From NCBI GenBank assembly GCA_963782055.1, contig CAWAIF010000003.1:2752001-2816000 (forward strand): 64,000 bases of DNA, read 5' to 3'. This stretch comes from an uncultured delta proteobacterium (GTDB taxonomy: Bacteria > Myxococcota_A > Polyangia > Polyangiales > Polyangiaceae). Position numbers and translations under genes: made by a program. Below the pieces are notes generated by a model. The model did not search any database, was not told where the DNA came from, and saw nothing but the letters and a program-made list of their open reading frames with translations. Of this stretch, positions 28,940 to 39,447 are shown piece after piece (the stretch's first letter is position 1; every line of letters starts with the position of its first letter).

Positions 28940-30393
28940 CGCCCTGGTCGCGCGCGTGGTCGTGGCTCGCGCTGGGCGTGGCGCTCGTGGCGTGCCTCTC
29001 CATGTGGGGCTTCACCGTGGACGACGCGCTCATCCCGGTGCGCTACGCCCGCCACCTCGCCGAGGGCGTGGGCTATCGCTTCAACGCCGGCGGGCCGGTG
29101 ACCGACGGCGTGACGCCGCTGCCGTGGGCGTTCGTGCTCGCGCCGCTCGCGCACGGCGGCGCGCTTCAGGTGCTGGCGCGCGCCAAGATCCTCGGCGTCG
29201 CGGTGTGGGCGGGCGCAGCGTGGCGCCTGGGTCGCGTCGTCGGGCGGGCGCGGGCGCCGGTGGCGGTGCGCGCCGTCGGGTTGATCGTCGCGTGCTCCGC
29301 GCTGCCCGTCGCCGCGCACGCGGTGAGCGGGATGGAGACCGCGGTGGCGATGGCGCTGTGCACCCTCGCCGCGACGAGCGCGGACCGCCCGCGCCTCGCC
29401 GCGGGGCTGGCCGGCGTCGCGGCCGCCTTCCGTCCCGAGCTCGCCCCGTGGGCCGCCACGCTGGGCCTCGGCTTCGCCCTCGCGCGGCCGGCGCCGGTCG
29501 AGAGCGCGCCGTCCAGCCCCTCCGCGCGGCTGGTGTCCGCGCCGGTGCTGGTGTGCGGGGCGATCGCCCTCGCGCCGCCCTTGCTCTGCATCGCCGCCCG
29601 GCTCGTCGTCTTCGGCCACCCGGCGCCCCTGGCGGTGCAGGCCAAGCCGAGCGATCTCACCCACGGCGCGGTCTACGCGGTGGCGGCGCTCGTGGTCTGC
29701 GCCACGCCCGCCCTCGCGCTCGCGCCCTTCGCCGTGCGTCGCGCGCCGGGCTGGGTGCGCGCGCTGGCCGTGGCGCTCCTGGTGCACGCGCTGGTCGTCT
29801 TCGCCGTCGGTGGCGACTGGATGCCCTACGCGCGACTGATGGCGCCGGTCACCCCCGGCCTCGCCCTCGTCTATGTGTACTCTGCAAATACATCGCGGCT
29901 CCCCTCCCTCGGCCTGCGCGGGGCGGCGGCGCTGGCGCTCTGCGCGTGGGAGTGGACCGTCGCCGCCCCCGCGGGGCGCCACGTCATGCGCGACCGCGTC
30001 GCCCTCGTCACGCGGGCGCGACCGCTGCTCGCCTCGCGGGCGCGCGTGGCGGCGCTGGACATCGGCTGGGTGTCCGCCGCGACCGACGCCGACATCGTCG
30101 ACCTCGCCGGCCTCACCGACCCGACCATCGCCGCGCTGCCCGGGGGCCACACCTCCAAGCACGTCGACGCCAACATGCTGGTGGACCGCAAACCGGACGC
30201 GCTGCTCGTCTACGTCACCAACGCCGGCGCCCTCACGCCGGCGACGTGGCGAGACCGCGCCGCCTTCGGCCACGCCGTCACCGCGCGCCTCGCCACTTCC
30301 ACCCTCGTCGAGGAGCGCTTCCACGCCGAGGAGATCCTCCCCCTGGGCACCCAGGGCCTCGGCTACGTCCTCCTCACCGCCACGCCGCGGTGA
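28936..30393 (+). CDS. Polytopic membrane protein, GT-C/AftB-like glycosyltransferase
   Basis: DDALIPVRYARHLAEG.G.RFN..G.T..W, SGMET, RPE, GGDWMPYARL. Confidence 0.7.
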   Translation: MTPWSRAWSWLALGVALVACLSMWGFTVDDALIPVRYARHLAEGVGYRFNAGGPVTDGVTPLPWAFVLAPLAHGGALQVLARAKILGVAVWAGAAWRLGRVVGRARAPVAVRAVGLIVACSALPVAAHAVSGMETAVAMALCTLAATSADRPRLAAGLAGVAAAFRPELAPWAATLGLGFALARPAPVESAPSSPSARLVSAPVLVCGAIALAPPLLCIAARLVVFGHPAPLAVQAKPSDLTHGAVYAVAALVVCATPALALAPFAVRRAPGWVRALAVALLVHALVVFAVGGDWMPYARLMAPVTPGLALVYVYSANTSRLPSLGLRGAAALALCAWEWTVAAPAGRHVMRDRVALVTRARPLLASRARVAALDIGWVSAATDADIVDLAGLTDPTIAALPGGHTSKHVDANMLVDRKPDALLVYVTNAGALTPATWRDRAAFGHAVTARLATSTLVEERFHAEEILPLGTQGLGYVLLTATPR

Positions 30394-30397
30394 GGCG

Positions 30398-31003
30398 TCA
30401 CCGCAAGACTTCGAGCACCTTCTTGCGGCCCAGCACGATCAGCGTGGCGATGGGGAGGATCATCCCGAAGCAGGAGCCCATCAGCCCGCCGATGAGCCCG
30501 CCCATCGCGGCGCCGCGGGCGACGGGGCTCGCCGCGTCCAGCTTGTCGAGCAACAGCGGGTAGGCCACGACGGCCATCACCGCCTGCCCGATGAGCATCA
30601 GCACGATGGAGGAGATGCCGTACGCGATGCCCGTCGTGCGACACCACCGCTTGCCCATGAACAGGCCGATGCCCGTCGAGAGCAGGAGGATGGCGAGCAC
30701 CACCCCGAAGACGAGCGACGCGTCGAACCACAGCGCCGCCGGGCCCTCCCACATCGCGTGGTCGAGCTCGCGCGACACCGGGTCCTTCGCCGCGTGACGC
30801 GTCACCAGCGTCATCACCGGCGAGAGCAGACCCAAAAGGCCGAAGAGGATCTGGAAGACGGCCAGCACCTTCAGGCCGGCGCCGGGGCCGGGCGGCGGCC
30901 CGTACCCCTGCTGCGGCTGGGCGTAAGCCTGCGGAGGCTGGGCATAGCCCGGCTGCGGCGGCCCGTACCCGTGCGGCGGCTGCGCTCCCCCGTTGGGCGT
31001 CAT
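30398..31003 (-). CDS. Membrane protein with Pro/Gln/Tyr-rich N-terminus
   Basis: PPQPGYAQPPQ repeats followed by about 4 TM helices; starts 4 nt after the pnp stop. Confidence 0.7.
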   Translation of the reverse strand: MTPNGGAQPPHGYGPPQPGYAQPPQAYAQPQQGYGPPPGPGAGLKVLAVFQILFGLLGLLSPVMTLVTRHAAKDPVSRELDHAMWEGPAALWFDASLVFGVVLAILLLSTGIGLFMGKRWCRTTGIAYGISSIVLMLIGQAVMAVVAYPLLLDKLDAASPVARGAAMGGLIGGLMGSCFGMILPIATLIVLGRKKVLEVLR

Positions 31004-31007
31004 GGAA

Positions 31008-33228
31008 TCACCGGCGCCCACGGCCGCGATCGCGGCCGCGGTCACGGTCGCCGTCGCGGCGCGGCGGACGCTCGCCACCGCCCTCGCGGGCGGCCTGCAA
31101 GCGGGCCTTGGCGCGCTCGCCCTCCTCGCCCTCCGGGAAGGGAAGGAGCTCGCGGCGCGAGAGGCGGACCTTGCCGTCGCGGTCCACGCTCAGGACCTTG
31201 ACCTCCACCATGTCCCCCTCCTTCATCACGTCGGTGACCCGCTCGACGCGGGTGTGCGCCATCTCGGAGACGTGCAGGAGGCCGTCGGTGCCGGGGAGGA
31301 TCTCGATGAAGGCGCCGAAGTCGGTGATGCGCTGGACGCTGCCCTTGTAGACCTCGCCCACCTCCGGCTCGGCGGTGAGGCCCTTGATGATGTCGAGGGC
31401 CTTCTTCACCGCGTCGGAGTCGCTGGAGGCGATGTTGACGGTGCCGTCGTCCTCCACGTCGATGGCGACGCCGGTCTGGTCGACGATGCCCTTGATGGTC
31501 TTGCCACCCGGCCCGATGATGACGCGGATTCTGATCCGGCTTGACCTTGATGGTGGTGATGCGCGGCGCGTGCGGCGAGAGCTCCGGGCGCGGCTGCGCG
31601 AGGGTCTCCAGCATCTTGCCCAGGATGAACAGGCGGCCGTCGCGCGCCTGGTTGAGCGCGGTGGCGAGGATCTCCCGGCTGAGGCCGGCGATCTTGATGT
31701 CCATCTGGATGGAGGTGACGCCCTTCGCGGTGCCGCACACCTTGAAGTCCATGTCGCCGAGGTGGTCCTCGTCGCCAAGGATGTCGCTCAGGATGGCGGT
31801 GCGCTTGCCGTCGGAGATGAGGCCCATCGCGATGCCCGCGACCGGCGCCTTGATCGGGACGCCCGCGTCCATGAGGCTCATCGTGCCGCCGCAGACCGCG
31901 GCCATCGACGAGCTGCCGTTGGACTCCAGCGTCTCCGAGACGATGCGGATGGTGTAGGGGAAGTCCGCCTGGTCCGGCATCATGCGCACGAGCGCGCGCT
32001 CGGCGAGGGCGCCGTGGCCGATCTCGCGGCGGCCGGGGCCGCGCAGCGGCTTGGTCTCGCCGGTGGAGAAGGGCGGGAAGTTGTAGTGGAGCATGAAGCG
32101 CTTCCACCGCTCGCCGTTGAGCCCGTCGATCTTCTGCTCGTCGCTGGAGGTGCCGAGGGTGGTGGTGACCACGGCCTGCGTCTCGCCGCGCTGGAAGAGC
32201 GCGGAGCCGTGCACGCGCGGCAGGAGGCTCACCTCGGTGGCGATGGCGCGGATCTGGTCCATCGCGCGGCCGTCGATGCGCTTGTTCTGCGAGAGCACGT
32301 ACTCGCGCACGACGTTGTACTTGCGCTCCTCGAACTCCTCTTTGACCAGCTTCTCGACCTCGGCGAACTTCTCCGCGCCGAGCTCGGCGGTGAGGGCCTC
32401 CGCGAGGGCGGTCTTGCCGGCCTTGTAGCCGTCGTAGCGCGCCTTCTTGTCCTTGATGAGGGAGCTCTCCAGGATCTTGGCGTCGCTGAGCTTGGCGACC
32501 TTCTCGGCGATGGCCGCGTCCAGCTTCTTGGCCGCGAACTCGCGCTTGGGCTTGCCGACGGCGGCGCGCATGCGCTCGATGAGCTCGATGATGGGCTGCG
32601 CCGACTTGTGCGCGAACATCAGCGCCTCGATGACGTCGGCCTCGGAGGCCTCGGCCGCGCCGCCCTCCACCATCACGATGGCCTCCTTGGAGCAGGCCAC
32701 GACCATGTCGATGTCCGCCTGCGCCTGCTGCTCGAAGGTCGGGAAGACGACGAGCTCGCCGCCCACCCGCGCGACGCGCATGCCGGCGAGGGGGCCCGCC
32801 CACGGGATGTCGGAGAGGTGCAGCGCGGCGCTGGCGCCGGTGAGGCCGAGCACGTCGGTGGGGTTCACCTTGTCGCTCGAGAGCACCGTGGCGATGACCT
32901 GCGTGTCCTTCTTGTAGCCCTCGGGGAAGAGGGGGCGGCAGGGGCGGTCGATGAGCCGGCAGGTGAGGATCTCCTCCTCGCGCTGCCGCCCCTCCCGCTT
33001 GAAGAACCCGCCGGGGATCTTGCCCGCGGCGAAGGTCTTCTCGACGTACTCGCAGGTCAGCGGGAAGAAATCGAGGCCGGGGCGCTCGTCGCCGCTGACC
33101 GCGGTGACCAGGACCATGCTCTCGCCGTAGCTGATCAGCACGGCGCCGTGCGCCTGCTTGGCGAGGCGGCCGGTCTCGAAGGTGAGGGGCTTGCCGTTGA
33201 CGAGGACGGATTCGCGGACGAAGGCCAT
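31008..33228 (-). CDS. pnp: Polyribonucleotide nucleotidyltransferase, frameshift near 31530 (probable sequencing error)
   Basis: [56 protein letters not shown]. The KH (IIGPGGK) and S1 domains are in a second frame; one extra A in CAGAATCC. Confidence 0.95.
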
Positions 33229-33436
33229 GGGTGCTCCAGAAACGCCGCTGCGTGCGGCCGACGCCCGGCGCGTGAAGGCCTCGCGATCGGGAGGAGCCGC
33301 GCCGGGCCCGCCTGGGCGGGGCGCCGCGGCCGGTGGTGGCGCTCCCGGAGCCTCAGTTCCTCGGTTTCTGCTCCTGACGGGGGGATTGTCGGGGGCAGGA
33401 ATCGAAGAGCAAGGCGGGGGGACCGCCGAAACGAAG

Positions 33437-33466
33437 GAGCCCGTGCCGAAGGGACGGCACAGGCTC
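33437..33466 (-). terminator. Hairpin directly after rpsO (terminator or processing stem)
   Basis: GAGCCTGTGCCG-TCCCTT-CGGCACGGGCTC followed by CTTCGTTTC. Confidence 0.6.
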
Positions 33467-33470
33467 GTGG

Positions 33471-33740
33471 TTACTTGCGAAGGTTGAGGGCGCGGACCAC
33501 GTTGCGGTAGCGCTCCAGGCTCGACTTCTTGAGGTAATTCAAGAGGCGGCGGCGCTTCGACACGAGACGAAGGAGGCCGCGCCGCGAGTGGTGGTCCTTG
33601 ATGTGGGTCTTGAAGTGCTCGGTCAGGTATCCGATGCGCTCCGAGAGGAGCGCGATCTGCACCTCGGGCGAGCCCGTGTCCGACTCGTGCGTGCGGAACT
33701 TGCTGATCAGCTCGACCTTTTTCTCGGTGTGAAGCGGCAT
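33471..33740 (-). CDS. rpsO: 30S ribosomal protein S15
   Basis: [27 protein letters not shown]; canonical position upstream of pnp. Confidence 0.98.
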   Translation of the reverse strand: MPLHTEKKVELISKFRTHESDTGSPEVQIALLSERIGYLTEHFKTHIKDHHSRRGLLRLVSKRRRLLNYLKKSSLERYRNVVRALNLRK

Positions 33741-33776
33741 GAGTCCAAAAGTCTCCGGGCTAGTGCGAGGCGGCGG

Positions 33777-33804
33777 AGTATAGGCGGAACCGCTCTCCCG
33801 TCAA
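33777..33804 (-). promoter_or_regulatory. Putative sigma-70 promoter of rpsO-pnp
   Basis: TTGACG-16 nt-TATACT. Confidence 0.6.
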
Positions 33805-33915
33805 TCCCTGCCTGAACCCGTTCTCCCTGGGGGACAAAGAGAGAGGTAGGTTTACGGGGATGGGGGTGGCTTCGCCTGCAAGGCGGTGGGGGGGTCTGGT
33901 AGTCTGGGCTGCGAG

Positions 33916-35583
33916 ATGCCGACCGGCGGTCCGATCCGCACCGCTCCGCTCCCGCCGGCGTCCGACATCGCGCGGGAGGCGGGGAAGGTGGAGCTGGCGC
34001 CCTCGCCCAGCCCCCCGGCTTCGGCCGTGGTGCCCGCCGAGACCCCGGCGCCGACCCTGCCGAAGGTCTGCGCGACCTGTCAGAACCGCTACCCGGCGGA
34101 CTTCCTCGTCTGCCCCCGCGACGCCACGCCCCTCACCGACGAGTCGGGCAGCGACATCGATCCGCTGCTCGGCAAGGTCCTCGGCGAGGCGTACCAGATC
34201 GTGAGGGCCATCGGGGAGGGCGGCATGGGCCGCGTCTACGAGGCGCGCCACACCCGGCTGAAGGACCGGCGCTACGCGGTCAAGGTGCTGCACCCCGAGT
34301 TCGCGCGCGATCAGGAGATCGTCGCGCGCTTCCAGCGTGAGGCGGAGAGCGCGAGCTCCATCGGCCACCCCAACGTGGTCGAGGTCTACGACGTGAACAC
34401 CACGCCGGACGGCCTGCCGTACATCGTGGCGGAGTACCTGGAGGGCGAGGAGTTCGGCGGGCAGATCGAGAAGCTGGGCCGCACCGACGTGCCGACCTCC
34501 ATTCATGTCACGCGGGAGGTGTGCCACGCGCTCGCCGCCGCCCACGAGCGCGGCATCGTCCACCGCGACATGAAGCCGGAGAACGTCTTTCTGGTGGAGC
34601 GCGACGGCGCCCTCTCGGTGAAGGTGATCGACTTCGGCATCAGCAAGGCGGGCACGGCGGCGGGCAGCCCCAGCCTCACCCGCACCGGCATGATCATGGG
34701 CACGCCCAGCTACATGTCGCCGGAGCAGGCGCGGGGCGACAAGGTGGACCTGCGCGCCGACGTCTACGCGGTGGGGGCGATGCTCTACCACGCGCTCACC
34801 GGCAAGCGACCCTTCGAGGCGGAGGACCCGACGTCGACGCTCTCGCTCGTCCTGACCGAGGAGCCCGCGCGCCCGCGCTCGCTCAACGCCAAGATCCCCG
34901 AGGCCCTCGAGCTGGTCATCCAGAAGGCGATGGCCAAGGAGCCCGGCGACCGCTACGCGACGATGCCCGAGCTCGACGCCGCCCTGGCGCCATTCGACAG
35001 CGGGGACGTGAAGATCCCGACCGCGATGCAGGCGGTCGTGCACAAGGGCACCGTCGTCTCCCGCGGCGGCGCCGACCCGAACGCGCGCACCATGATGGCC
35101 TCCGGCGTGTCGCAGACGGAGTCGCCGGGCATGTCGCGGCCGACGATCGTACTCGGGGGTCTCGGCGTGGTGCTGTGGATGATCGTCGGCGCCGTGGACG
35201 CGCTCGGAGGCGTCGTGCGTTATCTGCGCGGGGACGAGCTCACCAGCGTGGAGACGATCCTGCTCACGGTGGGGGCGTCGCTCGTCGTGGCCAGCCCCGC
35301 CGCGTTCTTCATGGTGCACGTCAAGCGCAAGGTGTGGCCGAACAGCGTCAAGGCCATGGAGCTCGCCCGGGATGTGCGCAGCGTCTTCCTCTGGGCGGTG
35401 GTGACCTACGGCCTGGCCGCCCTGGGTCTGCGCGCGGGGCTGACGGTGTACGCCCGCCAGAGCGTCCTGCTGGGCAACGGCTTCTGGGATTTTACCGCCT
35501 TCGGCGTCAGCGCGGCGCTCACGGGGTTCGTCTTCCTGATCGGGCGCATCGCCCGCGCCTGGCGGCGTCGCCGGAAGTCCTGA
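33916..35583 (+). CDS. Hanks-type Ser/Thr protein kinase with N-terminal Zn-ribbon and C-terminal TM helices
   Basis: CATC...CPRD; GEGGMGRVY, AVKVL, HRDMKPEN, DFG, GTPSYMSPEQ, DVYAVG. Start uncertain. Confidence 0.93.
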   Translation: MPTGGPIRTAPLPPASDIAREAGKVELAPSPSPPASAVVPAETPAPTLPKVCATCQNRYPADFLVCPRDATPLTDESGSDIDPLLGKVLGEAYQIVRAIGEGGMGRVYEARHTRLKDRRYAVKVLHPEFARDQEIVARFQREAESASSIGHPNVVEVYDVNTTPDGLPYIVAEYLEGEEFGGQIEKLGRTDVPTSIHVTREVCHALAAAHERGIVHRDMKPENVFLVERDGALSVKVIDFGISKAGTAAGSPSLTRTGMIMGTPSYMSPEQARGDKVDLRADVYAVGAMLYHALTGKRPFEAEDPTSTLSLVLTEEPARPRSLNAKIPEALELVIQKAMAKEPGDRYATMPELDAALAPFDSGDVKIPTAMQAVVHKGTVVSRGGADPNARTMMASGVSQTESPGMSRPTIVLGGLGVVLWMIVGAVDALGGVVRYLRGDELTSVETILLTVGASLVVASPAAFFMVHVKRKVWPNSVKAMELARDVRSVFLWAVVTYGLAALGLRAGLTVYARQSVLLGNGFWDFTAFGVSAALTGFVFLIGRIARAWRRRRKS

Positions 35584-35639
35584 GCCCGGTCACGCCGGCG
35601 ACGCTTGCCATCGCGCCGTGGAGGTCTAGGCTGATGGTC

Positions 35640-35855
35640 GTGGGAAGCGCACCGGACATCGATCAGCTCGTGTGGGACCTCGCGTCGATCCGGTGCGCGC
35701 TGGAGCAGCCGGTGACCGACGCCGTCGCGGCGGAGCTGCGGGAGCGGGAAGAGGCGATCGTGGCGGTGCTGCGCGAGTCCGGCCTGCTGCCCGCCGGGCG
35801 CCGGACGCCGCCGCCGGCGCATCGCACATCCATCGCGCCGCAGACCTGGTTCTAG
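35640..35855 (+). CDS. Small hypothetical protein
   Basis: Helical ORF filling an intergenic gap; GTG lies 7 nt after TAGGCT (or ATG 35634 with GGAGG). Confidence 0.45.
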   Translation: MGSAPDIDQLVWDLASIRCALEQPVTDAVAAELREREEAIVAVLRESGLLPAGRRTPPPAHRTSIAPQTWF

Positions 35856-35975
35856 GCCCCCCGGAAATCCCCCGGTTCACACCCCGATCGTGCACCGCGC
35901 TTCACGGTTCACGACTTTCTTCGCGCGCCCCGCGCCGGCGTTGAATGGTGGCGTCCCCAGGCCCGTCGGTCGGGC

Positions 35976-37499
35976 ATGCGCAAGCTCCTTGGCCTCGCTT
36001 TTCTCGCCCTGACCGCCGCCACCGCCTGCGGGCCCATCTCCGGGCAGGGCGGCTCCAACCCCAACGATCGCACCGGCGGCGGCAACAACGGCGACCTGCT
36101 CCTCACCGGCGGCATGGTCATCTCGCCGGACGGCGCCTTCGCCGTCATGCAGCGCAACACCGTCACCGTGCTGGTGGACGTGGCCGCGCGCACCGCCACG
36201 CAGATGCCCTTCCAGGCGGATCGCTACCTCTTCTCCAGGACGCGGCACGTCCTGTACGCGGTGAAGCAGAACCGCGCCGGCGTCGTCGCCCTCGACCTGG
36301 ACCACGGCATGAAGGAGCTGTGGAGCACGACGCCGGTGTTCGTCACCACCGCCGGCGCGCTGCTCATGCGCGTGCGCGACGACGACTCCGCGCTGGTGCT
36401 CGGCGACTACGACCGCGCCTTCGTGCTGGACCCGCAGACCGGGTCCATCCGCGGGACCATCGACGTGGGCACCCCGCCGACCGACGTCGCCTTCCTGAAG
36501 AACGACGAGGCGCTGGTGGTGGGCAGCGTGACCTGGACCGACCACGAGCCCTCGACCGCCGTCGTCTACGCCAACACCAGGACGCTCGCGAGCACCGAGA
36601 TCCAGATCCCCAACTGCGACGCGCCCATCGCGGTGCTGCCCGACCAGACGCGCGCCTTGCTCTCGCCCACCTACTGCGAGGAGGGCGAGGCCACCAACCC
36701 CAACCAGACCTGGACAAACCCCGACCCGGTGAGCGTCATCGATCTGGCGCAGGACGGGCCGCACTTCCTGAAGAACCTGCCCGGCTTCGGCCCGGTGGCG
36801 CTCACGCCCGACGGATCGCGCGCGGTGGCGTACCTGGACACCAAGCGCATGGACCCCTCCATGTTCGACGACAAGTCGCTCGTGCCCGGGCCCGGCGCCG
36901 ACCAGTACCACCTGATGGTGATCGATCCGAAGACGCTCGCGTTCACGCTCACGCCGATCGGCGACGCCCTCCCGCGCTTCGCCATGACGCTGGACGGCAA
37001 GGGCCTGCTCGTCGACGCCACCGTCGCCGCGGTGCGCGGCGGCGCGTACGCCAACGTCAACGTCGGCCCGGACGGGCTGACCGCCAGCGCCGGCGTGTTC
37101 GGCGGGGCGAAGGCGCCCTTCGGGTACTTCGACCTCGGCGGGCTCGCCTTCACGCCCTTCCAGGGCCCCGGCGCCACGCTGGACCGCTTCGTCCAGAGCG
37201 CCGACGGGCGCAGCGTCTACACCCTGAAGCTGCAGTCCGACGGCCTGGGCGGCCAGCTCTTCGACATCGACATGACGTCGAAGCAGACCACCGACCTGCA
37301 GAAGAGCCTGCGCGACATCGGCATCCTCCCCGACGGCCACACCGTCATCCTGCGCATCCGCCTCCCGGCGGCGAACATCGACGGCAAGCTGTACACGCAG
37401 GAGGACTACTGCTTCAGCCAGGACGCGGTGAGCTGCGACTACACGATCCACTTCCAGTCGACGACGCCCACGCAGGACTGCTCGCACGACTGCTACTGA
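35976..37499 (+). CDS. YncE-like beta-propeller lipoprotein
   Basis: ATAC lipobox; ISPDG, IDVGTPPTDVAF, VALTPDGSRAV, LMVIDP. Confidence 0.78.
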   Translation: MRKLLGLAFLALTAATACGPISGQGGSNPNDRTGGGNNGDLLLTGGMVISPDGAFAVMQRNTVTVLVDVAARTATQMPFQADRYLFSRTRHVLYAVKQNRAGVVALDLDHGMKELWSTTPVFVTTAGALLMRVRDDDSALVLGDYDRAFVLDPQTGSIRGTIDVGTPPTDVAFLKNDEALVVGSVTWTDHEPSTAVVYANTRTLASTEIQIPNCDAPIAVLPDQTRALLSPTYCEEGEATNPNQTWTNPDPVSVIDLAQDGPHFLKNLPGFGPVALTPDGSRAVAYLDTKRMDPSMFDDKSLVPGPGADQYHLMVIDPKTLAFTLTPIGDALPRFAMTLDGKGLLVDATVAAVRGGAYANVNVGPDGLTASAGVFGGAKAPFGYFDLGGLAFTPFQGPGATLDRFVQSADGRSVYTLKLQSDGLGGQLFDIDMTSKQTTDLQKSLRDIGILPDGHTVILRIRLPAANIDGKLYTQEDYCFSQDAVSCDYTIHFQSTTPTQDCSHDCY

Positions 37500-37521
37500 C
37501 CTCACCCCGCCCCCCCTTCAT

Positions 37522-39447
37522 CTAGAAGCGCGCCGAGAGCGCCACGCCCAGCCCGAACCGCGTCGGATCCTGGAACACGCGGAGCGAAGCCGTCCCCTCG
37601 TTGGGATCGCGCACCACCAGGGTGGCGTTGTTGTCGTAGGCGATCTGCGCCCAGCCGACCGCGCTCAGGATGGTCGACAGGTCCCAGCGCAGGCTGACGC
37701 GCGCCTGCACGATGGGCGCGCGCCCCTTCCCGAAGGGCAGGATCGACTCGTCGCCCTGCGCGCGCACGACGATGGTGCGCGAGCCCACCAGACCACCGTC
37801 GGTGAACTCGCTCTTGAAGGTCGTCGGGAGCTGGAAGCCGCCGCCGATGCCCGGCGTCAGGTGCAGCCGCGGGATGTAGTAGTCGGCGGCGAGCGCGGCG
37901 AAGAACTCCGGGTCGGTCTTGGTCTGCGAGGGGAGCGTCTCGAAGGGAATGAACCCCGGGACGTTGCGCACGACGAAGTTCAGATCGCGCAGGATGCCCG
38001 TCGCGCTGACGCGCAGGTACCCCGTCTCCAGCACGGCCTGACCGGCGACGGCGTAGGCGAGCTGGTCCTTCGTCTTGCCCTCGACGTCGTAGTTCTTGAG
38101 GTGCTGGCCGAGCATGTCGCTCTCGACGCTGACGCTCCACTTGGTCTTGCCCGGGTCGTACTTGGGCAGCGAGAAGAGCGTCATCGGGGCGTTGGGGTCG
38201 TTGCGGTAGAGGGTCAGGTCGACTGACTGCGGCACCGGCATCTTGTCGTGCACGACCAGGCGCGCCGCGCCGCCGTAGGTGTAGACGGGCAGGCCGCGCA
38301 CGTCCTCCAGGTCCAGCTTGCCCTGCTGGAAGAAGCCGCCGCTCGCGTCGACGCGGAAGTTCTTGGTGATGTCGGCGCCGGCGCCGCCCAGCACGCCGAA
38401 GTTGGTCTCGCCGACGCGCACCGTCTCCACCTGGTTCTCCCCGCCGGGGTTGAGCACCTGCACCGGCTGGACGATCTGCGCGGTCTTCACGGCGCCGAAG
38501 GCGTAGAAGCGGTCGCTGTCGAACTGCAGCTTGGCGCCGGGCGCCGAGCCCTGGATGCGCGGGAAGATGGACTGGTTGATGTACGCGGCGGAGCCGCCCC
38601 ACGTGATGTCGTAGAGGTAGCCCACGCGCACGCGGTCGGCGTCCAGCGGGAGGAAGACCGCGGAGAACCCCGCCGGCTTCGCGTCGGTGCCGCCGGTCTT
38701 GTAAAATACACGGATATACGAGCCGGAGTCGTAGAGCGCCTGGTTGAGGCTGCCCGTGCTGGCCGCGAGCGACGCGAGGTCGAAGCGGAGCACCACCGCC
38801 GCCTCGGTCGTGAGGTTCTTTATGAACCCCGGCATCTTCTTGTACATCACCAGGTGCGTGAGGTTCTCGCGGCCCGCGAAGCGGGAGTTCAGCGAGTCGA
38901 AGAACATGCGGTACTGCGGCCTGTCGCCGATGGAGAAGGTCGGCGAGAGGGGGATGAGCGCGCCGGTCGGGTGCAGGATGTCGTCGTCGCCGAACGTCCA
39001 CGTCAGGCGCGTATCCATGAAGTTGGAGTAGTTGACGTTCGCGGGCGCGAGGCCGACGGCGCGCGCGCCGGCGGTGCCGGTCACCAGCTCGTCGGTCGAG
39101 GCGCCGTGGTCGTCCTCCGACGGAGGAGGTGTGGCCGTGCCGCCGGTGGTCGCCGCCGCCGCACCCGTCGCGCCGCCGGCAGTCCCGGAGGCCGCGCCTG
39201 CGGGTGGGGTCGCGGGCGCGCCCGCGTCCGGAGGAGGCGTCGCCTCGGTGGTGCCGGTGGGCGCGGGCGGCGGCGTGGTCTGCGTGCCGCTCGGCGCCGG
39301 CGCGGGCGGCGCGCCGGCGTCGGCGTCCTCCGTCTGGGCGAGGGCCGGACGCGCGACGAGCGCCAGCATGGCCGCGGCCAGGGCCGGGCAGACGAGGCGC
39401 GGCACGCGCCGGAGGAGCGAGGAGGTCCCGAGGTTCTTGTTGGTCAT
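37522..39447 (-). CDS. Outer-membrane beta-barrel protein
   Basis: Signal ending PALAQ, Pro/Ala/Thr linker, amphipathic strands, C-terminal LGVALSARF; ATGA overlap with the upstream gene. Confidence 0.8.
   Translation of the reverse strand: MTNKNLGTSSLLRRVPRLVCPALAAAMLALVARPALAQTEDADAGAPPAPAPSGTQTTPPPAPTGTTEATPPPDAGAPATPPAGAASGTAGGATGAAAATTGGTATPPPSEDDHGASTDELVTGTAGARAVGLAPANVNYSNFMDTRLTWTFGDDDILHPTGALIPLSPTFSIGDRPQYRMFFDSLNSRFAGRENLTHLVMYKKMPGFIKNLTTEAAVVLRFDLASLAASTGSLNQALYDSGSYIRVFYKTGGTDAKPAGFSAVFLPLDADRVRVGYLYDITWGGSAAYINQSIFPRIQGSAPGAKLQFDSDRFYAFGAVKTAQIVQPVQVLNPGGENQVETVRVGETNFGVLGGAGADITKNFRVDASGGFFQQGKLDLEDVRGLPVYTYGGAARLVVHDKMPVPQSVDLTLYRNDPNAPMTLFSLPKYDPGKTKWSVSVESDMLGQHLKNYDVEGKTKDQLAYAVAGQAVLETGYLRVSATGILRDLNFVVRNVPGFIPFETLPSQTKTDPEFFAALAADYYIPRLHLTPGIGGGFQLPTTFKSEFTDGGLVGSRTIVVRAQGDESILPFGKGRAPIVQARVSLRWDLSTILSAVGWAQIAYDNNATLVVRDPNEGTASLRVFQDPTRFGLGVALSARF

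Noticed and set aside
31008..33228. pnp as a true pseudogene
   Set aside because: There is a single 1-nt insertion, the sequence is intact on both sides, and the same motif occurs at the S1-gene frameshift, so an artefact is more parsimonious.
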